The notes below the pieces were generated by a model. It saw only the letters and a program-made list of their open reading frames with translations. It searched no databases and was not told the origin of the DNA. From sequence record NC_048046.1: a stretch of DNA of 64,000 bases. One strand, given 5' to 3'. Shown here piece by piece: positions 15,474-25,000 of this stretch (its first letter is position 1; the number at the start of each line of letters is the position of its first letter). The translations under genes and the position numbers were made by a program.

Positions 15474-15945
15474 CCAACCGAATGGAGCAGCGCAGGCCGA
15501 TCGCGTGCGGGAGATCGAGATGCGTCTTTGGGAAGAGGTGGGCACCCAACTCAAGGGTGTCACGGAAGCTATGAAGGAACTCGCGCTCGAAATGCGCGAC
15601 GTTCGTGAACGCCTCATTCGTATCGAGGCCCAGGACCAGCCCAAGAAGCTGGCAAGCCTGGAAGAAGACCTGCGCGAGACGCAGGACGAGATCGCGCGCG
15701 TCGAGAAGGACGCGGCGGACGATCTGGCCCGCGCGACGGCGGTGCATCACCAGGAAATTGGCCTGATCAAGTCCCAGGCCACGGCCGACATCGCCCGCGT
15801 CGAGAAGACCGCGTCGGACGACAAGCTTGCGCTCGAAAAGCGCCTCACTCGCATGGAAATGATCATCGCACCGCTGACCTGCGCGGGCGGCGCCCTGCTG
15901 GCGACGATCATCACGATCCTGGTTCAGAAGTTCACGGGGAGCTAA
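15466..15945 (+). CDS. Coiled-coil protein with a C-terminal transmembrane helix
   Basis: Heptad-rich body; hydrophobic IIAPLTCAGGALLATIITILV tail. Confidence 0.75.
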   Translation: MANQPNGAAQADRVREIEMRLWEEVGTQLKGVTEAMKELALEMRDVRERLIRIEAQDQPKKLASLEEDLRETQDEIARVEKDAADDLARATAVHHQEIGLIKSQATADIARVEKTASDDKLALEKRLTRMEMIIAPLTCAGGALLATIITILVQKFTGS

Positions 15946-16055
15946 ACTACCTGCGGTCGTTTGCCGCATCAGCTTCACAATAGGAAGTAGCTTGTGGCCC
16001 CGTCCGGGCAAGGGTAGCTTAAACGCTATACCAACGCGCCCTCGGAGGGGACCAC

Positions 16056-16292
16056 ATGATTAGCGCCGCTGCCGTCCTGGAATTTCAGGACGACCAAGAA
16101 CAAGAAACGGCGCACACCGCCGACGACTACCAAACGAATTTGATCCGTTTGAGTTCCGAGTTCTTCTCGCTCATTCAGGACGATGTGACGGACGAGGGTA
16201 AGCGCCGCCTGGGTGATCTCCACCGAGCGATCGGGGTCGATCTCCAAAAATTCCGCAAGGCTTCCACTGTGGAGGGTCTTGCGGCCATTTAG
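16056..16292 (+). CDS. Hypothetical protein
   Basis: GGAGGGG RBS; 78 aa. Confidence 0.65.
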   Translation: MISAAAVLEFQDDQEQETAHTADDYQTNLIRLSSEFFSLIQDDVTDEGKRRLGDLHRAIGVDLQKFRKASTVEGLAAI

Positions 16293-16318
16293 TTCCTTAC
16301 GCCGCAAGGGAGCGACGT

Positions 16319-17143
16319 TTGTCCGAAGCTTTTGAGTCTCACTCGTTCGACGATTCCACGTTCGAGCGTCCTCCCACCAAGTCTAAGGCGCAGGCGCGCG
16401 CTGAACGCCGCGCCGATCGAGCGTCAAAGCAGGCGGAGCATCGCGCTCCGCCGCTGGTTCCCAAGACCGAGAACCAGCGCGAGTACATCGAAATTCTCCG
16501 CGATGCCAATAGCTGCATCGCGCTCGGCCCCGCCGGCACCGGCAAGACCTACATCGCCGCCCGCATCGCGGCGCAGCGCAAGATGGCGGGGCACGTCGAC
16601 AAGATCATCATCACCCGCGTGAACGTCTCAAAGCGAGAGCACGCCCTGGGCTTCCTGCCGGGCAACATCGACGCCAAGATGAAGCCCTGGATGACTCCGG
16701 TTGTCGAAGGCCTGCGCGCCGAGGTGTCGGCCAAGGTCATGGACACCTGGAAGGCCGCCGGCGAGTTCGAGATCGTGCCGTTCGAGTTCATGCGTGGTCG
16801 TACCTTCGACAACGCCTTCGTCATCCTCGACGAAGCCCAGAACGCGTCGTTTGACGATCTGGAACTGTTCGTGACCCGTACGGGCCAGGGCTCGCAGGTC
16901 GTGATCTGCGGCGACCCCGGCCAGATCGACATCCCGAACTCGGGCTTGGAGATCATCGCCGACATCGCCGAGGAAGACGGCATCGTCGATCTGATCGAGT
17001 TCACCGAGGAGGACGTCGTTCGCTCGGCCGAGGCCAAGGCCTGGGTCAAGGGCATCGCGAAGTACAAGCGCGCTAAGGCTGCTGCCGCCGGCGACGCACG
17101 GAATCTTGACGGTGTCAACCGTTTCATCCATTCTGGGAATTAA
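16319..17143 (+). CDS. phoH: PhoH-family ATPase
   Basis: GPAGTGKT Walker A, MRGRTF, ILDEAQN. Confidence 0.95.
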   Translation: MSEAFESHSFDDSTFERPPTKSKAQARAERRADRASKQAEHRAPPLVPKTENQREYIEILRDANSCIALGPAGTGKTYIAARIAAQRKMAGHVDKIIITRVNVSKREHALGFLPGNIDAKMKPWMTPVVEGLRAEVSAKVMDTWKAAGEFEIVPFEFMRGRTFDNAFVILDEAQNASFDDLELFVTRTGQGSQVVICGDPGQIDIPNSGLEIIADIAEEDGIVDLIEFTEEDVVRSAEAKAWVKGIAKYKRAKAAAAGDARNLDGVNRFIHSGN

Positions 17144-17193
17144 GGAGTCACGTTTCGGAGGAAACGTGACTCATTTATAGGGTAGAACGGTCG

Positions 17194-17715
17194 ATGGCGT
17201 TTCAATTTGTGGTCGAGACGGGTGAGGGTGATCCCGACGCCAACTCCTACTGCACGGTGGAGTTCGCCGACGACTATTCGGAGATGAACATCCAGCGTTC
17301 CTCGGAGTGGCTAGCTCTGGAGGAAGAGGACAAGCAGCGCATCCTGGCGCGCGCGTCCAAGACGCTGGATGTCCGCTTCAAGTGGAACGGCACGCGCGTC
17401 GATGGAGACTCAGGTCTGAAGTGGCCGCGTGCCGGCATCTACGATGAGGATGGCTTCATCATCGCTGATGACGTCATCCCCGCCATCCTTCAGGAAGCGA
17501 CCGCCGAGTTCGCCCTGTATCTCATGTCGGATGACTGGACCGCGCCGCGTGACGAGGATCAGTTCAAGGAACTGAAGGTCGACGTGATCGACATCAAGTT
17601 CGACACCACCTATCGCCGCTCCTACATCCCACCGACGATCGTGGCGATGCTGGACGGCCTGGGCTCCTCCAACTCGGGCGGGCGCCCGGCTTTCAAGAAG
17701 ATCGTCCGGTCGTAA
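17194..17715 (+). CDS. Putative head-tail adaptor
   Basis: VETGEGDPDANSY N-terminus typical of DnaT-like phage adaptors; position before the tail genes. Confidence 0.7.
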   Translation: MAFQFVVETGEGDPDANSYCTVEFADDYSEMNIQRSSEWLALEEEDKQRILARASKTLDVRFKWNGTRVDGDSGLKWPRAGIYDEDGFIIADDVIPAILQEATAEFALYLMSDDWTAPRDEDQFKELKVDVIDIKFDTTYRRSYIPPTIVAMLDGLGSSNSGGRPAFKKIVRS

Positions 17716-17718
17716 TCC

Positions 17719-18093
17719 ATGGGTCTGAAGAACACGCTCCGTAAGGGGGTCAAGAAGGCGTTCGAAGCGCTGGACGATATCCCCAAGAAGGTCACGTACC
17801 AAAGCGTGTCCGGCCCGCCGGTGCGCGACCTGGATGCGGGCGCCTTCACGCGAGCGTCGTCCAACTACACGTTGCCGATGGTCGTGTTCACCAGCTTCAC
17901 CACGCGTGAGCGGGACAAGGACCCGGCGATCGAGACAAATGATGTCAAGGTGCTCTTCCCCAGCATGGACCTGCCGGTGAATGCCAAGACGCAGGACACC
18001 ATCATCGACGATGAAGGCGTGCTCTGGGAAGTGATCGACAAGAAGACGGACCCCGCTTCGGTCGTGACCATTCTCCAGATGCGAGCGGCCTAA
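17719..18093 (+). CDS. Putative head-closure protein
   Basis: Size, synteny and beta-rich sequence. Confidence 0.6.
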   Translation: MGLKNTLRKGVKKAFEALDDIPKKVTYQSVSGPPVRDLDAGAFTRASSNYTLPMVVFTSFTTRERDKDPAIETNDVKVLFPSMDLPVNAKTQDTIIDDEGVLWEVIDKKTDPASVVTILQMRAA

Positions 18094-18094
18094 C

Positions 18095-18592
18095 GTGGCG
18101 TACAAGCGCAGCGGGAGCAAGCTCGCTGTCCAAGTCGACAATCCCTTCTCCCATGCCTTCGAGCGTTTCTTCGAGCAGGCCCAGGATAGCTTTGAGCGCC
18201 GCGAGAACGCGCTGCTGATCAAGCTGAATGAGAAGATTCTGGAGAACACGCCGGTCTGGGAAGGCGACACGATCCTCAATTGGCGGTGGTCGACTCGCGC
18301 GCCGGACCTGAGCCACGAGGAGCCGCGCGGGACCGGTATCGATCCTGGCCCGACAAATACGATGCCGATCGGGTCCGAGCCGCGCCGTAAGGCCAATGAG
18401 TCGCGTCCTCGTCGTTCGCTGGCCGGCGCCCTGCGCGCCAAGAAGCCGGTCGACATCTATCTGACCAATACGTCGGACAGCGCGGTCGCCCTGGAATATG
18501 GGCTGCTGCCGACGCCGCAGCGGTCTCGTGTCGATAGTTCGAAGGGGATCGTCCGTCTGGCGATCGCTGAAGCTATGGCTGGTGTCCTGTGA
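18095..18592 (+). CDS. Putative neck/tail-completion protein
   Basis: NTPVWEG...VALEYG pattern of HK97 gp10-like proteins; synteny. Confidence 0.6.
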   Translation: MAYKRSGSKLAVQVDNPFSHAFERFFEQAQDSFERRENALLIKLNEKILENTPVWEGDTILNWRWSTRAPDLSHEEPRGTGIDPGPTNTMPIGSEPRRKANESRPRRSLAGALRAKKPVDIYLTNTSDSAVALEYGLLPTPQRSRVDSSKGIVRLAIAEAMAGVL

Positions 18593-18659
18593 TCTGGTTC
18601 GCCGCTTTCCACATCTTGCCCTGGCTGCCGTTCTGGTGGCTTTCTGAGGAGACCTGACC

Positions 18660-19115
18660 GTGTCGATCTTTAACGCCCTCCGACGTGTCCTGGACACGAA
18701 GGCGCTGGCGGCGGCCACGGAAGCAGGGCTCGCCGGCAAGATTCAGTTGATGAACGAAGAGACCGTGAAGGACAAGCGCACGGTTCACGCCGAGTTCTGG
18801 TTCCGAACGGGCGGCTCCAAGCAGTGCGAGCTTGGCCCGAACACGTCGCTCGAAATGACCGTGGGTATCTTCCAGTTCACCGTTTATTCGCCCGAGAACG
18901 TGGGCAGTGGCAGCGGCACTGCGGCGGCCGATATCCTGCGCGCGCGGTTCAATCGTAAGCAGTGGATGGTTGATCCTTACGGCTACATCAGCACCCAGGT
19001 CGCCAACCTCAAGACCCCGATGAGTGGTCCGGTAAACGGCCAGTTCGTGACGATCGTCGACGGTACCTTCTACTACTACCACCGTGACCCCGACGCAGGC
19101 GATTTCCGCGAATAA
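18660..19115 (+). CDS. Putative tail terminator protein
   Basis: GIFQFTVYSP...G.G...AD pattern; directly before the tail tube gene. Confidence 0.65.
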   Translation: MSIFNALRRVLDTKALAAATEAGLAGKIQLMNEETVKDKRTVHAEFWFRTGGSKQCELGPNTSLEMTVGIFQFTVYSPENVGSGSGTAAADILRARFNRKQWMVDPYGYISTQVANLKTPMSGPVNGQFVTIVDGTFYYYHRDPDAGDFRE

Positions 19116-19256
19116 CGCTTGACGACAGCTTGACTGGCTGCTATCTGCCAGGATTCTTGACACTCTCAGGCTTTTCGAGTAGGGTCCACCACATCGGCGC
19201 GCAGACCGGGGCGGTCGCCAGCCAACCCCCTGTTTTGCAACTTTTGGTGGGCAGAA

Positions 19257-21092
19257 ATGGTCCAAATCTTCGCCGACTCCAACCGCGCGGGTCTTCGCTA
19301 CATCAAGGAAGACCCGAACGCCTGGGGCACCACGCCGGTCGATGGTGTGTCGCGCGCGCTGCGCTACACTGGCTCGACCATCAACGCCAACAAGGAAACG
19401 GCGGTCTCGGAAGAAATCCGTGAAGACCGTATGACGGCCGACTACATCGAGACGGGCGCGCGCTCGGCCGGTGACTTCAACGTCGAATTCTCGGCCGGCT
19501 CGCACGACGACTTCCTGGAATCCTTCGTGTTCGGCGCGTGGACGCGCCCGATGACCTTTGACTCCGTCAAGGGCACCAGCCTGGAATGGGCGAACACCAC
19601 GACCCTGTACATCAAGGGCCAGGACGTCACCGACTACTTCTTCCCCGGTCGCCGCGTGAAGACGCTGGGCTTCCTGGAGACCGCCAACAACAACTACTGG
19701 CAGATCAGCACCGTCACCTGGAACGCCGGCGCGAACCGCACCGAGATCGTCGTGACCGATGCGACTGCCGTCGCCGAGTTGGGCTCCTTCTACACCTCGC
19801 TGATCGACGCCAACGACGTCATCGTTCTGAAGAACACCGCGATCCGCGCTGGCACCGCCGGCGAAGCTGCGTTCGACTCGAACGGCTCGAACGCTTTTGC
19901 GGCGGCGATCGCGGCGGGCCAACTGAGCCCCGGTCAGAAGATTTTCGTCGACGGCCTGGGCATCGAAACCGGCACCGTCACGTTCTCGGACCAGCCGGCC
20001 GTGGGTTCGAAGGTCACCGTCTCGGACGGCGACAAGACCCTGGTCTTCCAATTCGGCGGCACCGTGCCTCCGGGCACCGAAGCTGTCGACCTGGGTTCGG
20101 GCGCTGATGCGACCGCTGAAAACTTCGCTGCGGCTCTGAACGGCTTCAACCGCGACGGTTCGCTCCTCGTTTCGGCCACCGCTGCTGCGGGCGTCGTGAC
20201 GCTGAAGAACCTGCGCCGCACCAACGGCTCGATCCTGGAAACGACCGACACGGCCAACGTGATCACGGTCGCTCAGTTCTCGGGTGGTTCGGCTTCGCTG
20301 CACGGCGTGTTCAAGATTGAATCGGTCTCGGACGACAAGATCACCGTCTCGCCGGCGCCGGCGACCTTCGCCAATGGCGCGGGTCTGGCCGTGACGATCA
20401 AGGGCTCGATGCTGCGCAACCCGTCGGAAACCGCCGACATCATCCCGCAGTCGTTCACGATCGAAACCGGCTTCGGCGACGTCAGCCAATACTGGATCAC
20501 CGACGGTCTGCGCGTCGGCACGTTCACCTACAACATCGCCTCGAACGCGATCCTCACCGGCTCGTTCGGCTTCAACGGCCGCCAGACCAAGCGTCAGGGC
20601 GTGACCAAGCTGGGCGCGGCGCCGTACACGGTCCTGGACTCGACGGCCACGCCGGTCGCGAACGCTACGACCAACGTCGGCGCGATCAAGATCAACGGCG
20701 AAGAACTGTCGACCGCGATCCAGTCGATCACGATCTCGGGCAACAACAACCTGCGTGACCAGAACGCCGTCAGCTACAAGTTCCCCGCCGGTATCGGCGC
20801 GGGCCGCCTGGAAGTGACCGGCAACCTCGTAGCCTACTTCGCCGACGGCAGCCTGTGGGACAAGTTCATCGAGCACGACACCGTTTCGGTGGAATTCTCG
20901 ATCGAGGACGTCTTGAGCAACCACTACGAGTTCACGGTCCCCGCCGTCAACTTCACCACGGACACGGTCAACCCGCCGGGCGGCAACCAGGACGTGATGG
21001 AGAACATGGAATACGGCGCCAAGCGCGACCCGATCACGAAGTGCGAACTCCAGATCGACCGCTTCTCGGCGATCTCCGCCGTCACCGCCTAA
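19257..21092 (+). CDS. Major tail tube protein
   Basis: EEIREDRM...GDFNVEFS N-terminus and GRLEVTGNLVAYF C-terminus of tube proteins; strong codon bias. Confidence 0.85.
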   Translation: MVQIFADSNRAGLRYIKEDPNAWGTTPVDGVSRALRYTGSTINANKETAVSEEIREDRMTADYIETGARSAGDFNVEFSAGSHDDFLESFVFGAWTRPMTFDSVKGTSLEWANTTTLYIKGQDVTDYFFPGRRVKTLGFLETANNNYWQISTVTWNAGANRTEIVVTDATAVAELGSFYTSLIDANDVIVLKNTAIRAGTAGEAAFDSNGSNAFAAAIAAGQLSPGQKIFVDGLGIETGTVTFSDQPAVGSKVTVSDGDKTLVFQFGGTVPPGTEAVDLGSGADATAENFAAALNGFNRDGSLLVSATAAAGVVTLKNLRRTNGSILETTDTANVITVAQFSGGSASLHGVFKIESVSDDKITVSPAPATFANGAGLAVTIKGSMLRNPSETADIIPQSFTIETGFGDVSQYWITDGLRVGTFTYNIASNAILTGSFGFNGRQTKRQGVTKLGAAPYTVLDSTATPVANATTNVGAIKINGEELSTAIQSITISGNNNLRDQNAVSYKFPAGIGAGRLEVTGNLVAYFADGSLWDKFIEHDTVSVEFSIEDVLSNHYEFTVPAVNFTTDTVNPPGGNQDVMENMEYGAKRDPITKCELQIDRFSAISAVTA

Positions 21093-21250
21093 TCGGAGAG
21101 TCACGTTTCCCCCGAAACGTGACTACTCCTCCTTCTTTTCCCCGACAGACGCCAGTTTAGCCCTCGGGCTTACGGAGTCTCAGCGCTGAGCAGGGCGTCC
21201 CGGAGTCGGGGCCGGGACGCCCACCCTTCCCCTGACAAGGTATCCCGAAA

Positions 21251-21664
21251 ATGAGCGAAGCTCTCGACCTGTTTGATCTGTTCTCGTCCAACAAGGAATC
21301 CGAAGAAGCCGGCCGCTGGGTCGAACTCGGTTCCGGCACCAGCTTCAAGATTCGTGCGTTCGGCGCCAAGGCCGTCTCCGACCTGCGCGACAACCTGACG
21401 AAGCCCTACGCGCAACTGCTGCGCGTCGGCTCGAAGATTCCGGACGACAAGAACGAAGAGATCGGCCTGAAGGTTCTGGCCGGCGCCGTCATCGCCGACT
21501 GGAAGAACGTCAAGAACGCCGCCGGCGAAGTCGTTCCCTACACCGCCGACGAAGCCTACGCCATCCTGAAGGCCCTGCCGAAGCTCGCCAGCTTCATCGT
21601 GCAGTACAGCCTGGAAGGCCAGAACTACCGCGACGAGGCCAAGGAAGACGGCCTGGGAAACTGA
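21251..21664 (+). CDS. Tail assembly chaperone (gpG-like)
   Basis: Between tube and tape measure; ends at the G GGA AAC slippery site. Confidence 0.85.
   Translation: MSEALDLFDLFSSNKESEEAGRWVELGSGTSFKIRAFGAKAVSDLRDNLTKPYAQLLRVGSKIPDDKNEEIGLKVLAGAVIADWKNVKNAAGEVVPYTADEAYAILKALPKLASFIVQYSLEGQNYRDEAKEDGLGN
21655..21661 (+). other. -1 programmed ribosomal frameshift site (GGGAAAC)
   Basis: X XXY YYZ heptamer before the stop; the -1 frame is open to 22056. Confidence 0.85.
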
Positions 21665-22056
21665 TCAGCGCGCTCGATCAGGCCCTAGAAAACCCTCCCG
21701 ATGCGAATTGGGAGTTTAAGAACACGGCACGTGTGGCGAAGGGGCTCCCGCCCCTTCCGCCACCACCGCCCCCGATCGAGGTCTTCCAAGACCTTCAGTG
21801 GGCATATGCCGGTTTCTGGCGCCTGTCGAACGCGCGCCCCATCGGCATGGCCGGACCTCTCCGAATCCCCTTCTCCGAAATCGCCGGCTACTGCCAACTG
21901 CACGGCTACGATATCGGGAAGCGACTAGACTTCCTCTACTACGTCGAACGGCTCGATGACAAGTTCATGGAGTACGTGAAGAAGAAGCAAGACGAGGAAG
22001 AGCAAAAGAAGGCTCAAAATAATGGCACGCCGCGATCGAATCCTTCGCGGCGCTGA
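21655..22056 (+). CDS. Tail assembly chaperone extension (gpT part of gpGT)
   Basis: -1 frame ORF, FWRLSNARPIGMAGPLRIPFSEI. Confidence 0.8.
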   Translation, partial: GKLISALDQALENPPDANWEFKNTARVAKGLPPLPPPPPPIEVFQDLQWAYAGFWRLSNARPIGMAGPLRIPFSEIAGYCQLHGYDIGKRLDFLYYVERLDDKFMEYVKKKQDEEEQKKAQNNGTPRSNPSRR

Positions 22057-22063
22057 GGGATAG

Positions 22064-25000
22064 ATGGACACCCAACCGCTCAAGCTTAAGGTAGACTCAG
22101 GGCAAGCGCAGGCCGACTTGGCGGCGCTGGCCCGTTCGCTTGACATGGCGGGTGTCGCGGCCCTCAAGACCGCGAAGAATTTCGAGACCGGCATGGCCGG
22201 CGTGTCCAAGGCCATCAACGGCTCCTTGGGCTCTATGGAGAAGTTCGCGAAGGTCGCGGGCCTCCTCTCCAAGATTAAGATGGATGGTTCGGGCGTCTCG
22301 GCGATCGGTGAATTCGCTAAGGCTCTGAACCAAGTCGCGCGCGTCCGCGAGATCGAACAGTCGAAGCTGAACAGCTACCGCAAGTTCATCGAAGTCGGCG
22401 CCCAGGTCTCGAAGCTGCGCTTCGATGGCCAAGCCACCAACAGCATCCTTAAGTTCTCTCAGGCCCTGGACGCGGTGTCCAAGGCCCGCGCGATCACGCC
22501 TGCCAAGATGCAGTCGTGGGTCAAGTTCATCGAGATCACCGCGCGCGCCAGTCAACTGCGCCTGTCGGGCTCGGCGACCAATAGCATCAAGCAGTTTGCC
22601 GAGGCCCTGGAATCGGTCTCGAAGGTGCGCGCCATCACGCCGGCGCGCGTGCAGTCGATCAAGAGCCTGTTCGAGGTTCTGGGCTCGGCGAAGGGCCTGG
22701 GCAACGCCGGCAAGCTGGCGGGCGACTTGGACAAGATTGCGGCGGCAGCGGCGCGTGCGTCGACCGCGCTGAGTTCGATGCCGTCTAAGGTCCGCGCCGT
22801 TTCGCCGGGCTTCCAGGCAGCGACCAAGAACGCAGAATCGCTCCACAAGGAAATCGCCAAGACGCCGGGGCACGCCAGCCGTGCGAGCAAGGGTCTCGGC
22901 GGACTGATCGGCCGCCTGGGTGACTTGGGCGAGCGCTTCAAGCTTTCCTATCAGGCTGGTACGGCGTTCAGTGCCTTCTTCTCGGCCTTCACCTTCGGCC
23001 AGTTCCTCAAGAGCACCTACGAAACCAACATCGCCCTGGCTAAGCTCCAGAAGGCTCTGCTGTTCTCGACCGGTACCTTCAAGGGCGCCCACGAGGCGAT
23101 GGACCGCTTCGTCGGCACGTCGCTGGAACTCGGCCTGAACATCGAGAAGACGGCAGAAGCTTACGGCCGCTTCACGCTGTCGGCTAAGGCTTCGGGTATC
23201 GGTATCACTGACTCCGAAAAGATTTTCAAGTCCGTTGCAGGTACTCTTCAAGTAGTTGGCGCTAATTCTGAGCAGACTGAACTTGCGTTCTATGGTCTGA
23301 CGCAGATGATCCAAAAGGGCAAGGTCAGCGCCGAAGAATTTAATCGCCAGATCGGCGAGCAAATTCCTGGTAATGCTGTTATCGGTGCGCGCGCGCTGAG
23401 TAAGCTTGAAGGCCGCGTGGTCTCTGTTGCTGAATTCTTCAAGCGCATGTCTCTTGGTCAGATTATGTCGACCAAGTTCGTGCCGGCATATGCCGAGGCG
23501 CTGCAAGAAGAGTTCGGTGATCTCTTGAAGGTTGCTCAACGTCGTCCTGACGTCGCGCTGAACAAGCTGACCTCGGCCTTCACGATCTTCAAGAAGAGTG
23601 TGGGTGAAGCGGGCTTCATGGCCTCGCTGGGCCGTGAGTTCGGGCGCCTCACCGACAAGATCATCGTCACCAAGGACGGCCAGACGTCGCTGACGCCGGC
23701 CGCGCAGCGTCTCGCCGATACCCTGGGCAAGAACCTCGCCAGCATGGTGCGCCTGCTCGGTAAGGGCCTGGAGTTCCTGGTCGAGAATCTCGATAGCGTC
23801 GTCGCCGCGATCAAGGGTCTCGCTGCCCTGAAGATCGGCGCGACCTTCATGGACTGGACCAAGAAGGCCAACGGTTTTGCCGGCAGTCTGATCCCGGTCA
23901 AGAACAACGTCGCCGAAGTCGCCAAGACCGAAGCGGCTATCGCCGGCGCTGGAGCGAATGCCGCGACGGCTGCTGCCGCCACCCAGGGCTCGACCATGGG
24001 CGGTCCGGCGCTGTATGCCTCGAAGGGCTCCAAGACCCAGACCTACGACAACCTGCGCAAGCAGGGCTACTCGCACGAGGATGCGACCTTCTACGGCTCG
24101 CTGCCCACCCGAGACAACGAGAAGTTCACGGCGCAGAGCGGCACGCTCATGGGCAATCCTGGGCAGCGCACGCAGCGCCAGTTTGGCCGCCGTGTCCAGA
24201 CCTACAACAACACCACCAACGGTCTGAGCGGAAACGCCGTAGCCTTCGGCATGCGCAACAACGCGGCAGCTACCGCTGCGGCTCAAACGGCGTCTAAGGG
24301 CGCCGGTGCGATGGCGGCTGCCGCTAAGGGCGCTTCCATGGCGTTCGCAGGCCTGCGAGGCGTACTGAACCTGCTGCCCGGCGTCGCGGTTGCGGCCGGC
24401 ATTGCCCTGGCGATCTTCAGCGACAAGATCACCGGTGTGAAGACTGCCGCTGGCAACGATGTCCAAGTTGGCGATATCGCGAGCGGAGCGCTCGGCGCCG
24501 CCGGCAAGGACATCGGCAAGTGGTTCAACGATGCTGCAATCGGTATCGGCGCGCTGTTTGGCGTCTCCAAGGAAAAGGCTGGCGGTAAGTCGCTGGGCGA
24601 GTGGCTCGGTTGGATCGCTGCGGGCCTGATCACCCTGGGTAAGGTTCTGTTCTCTCTCGCCGACTCTCTGGGCAAGGTCATCGGCACGACGCTGGCGAGC
24701 ATCATTGGCGACGTGGTTACTTTCGCTCGCGTCACGGGTCGCGTCTTCAAGGGCGACTTCGCGGGTGCCAAGCAGATCGGCGCAGACTGGCAGAAGCAGA
24801 AGGAAACGAACGCGAAGAACACCGCTGACGATATCGTGGCGGGTACGCGCAACGCCTTCAACATGCGCGGCGTGTACGACGACATCATGGCTCGCGCCAA
24901 GACGGCAGCGGACGGTCGTAATCAAGAGCAGGCTACCGACGCCGCTGTTCAGCGCGAAAACGCCGACATTGAGCGCCAGATGGCTGCGCGTCAGCAGGCC

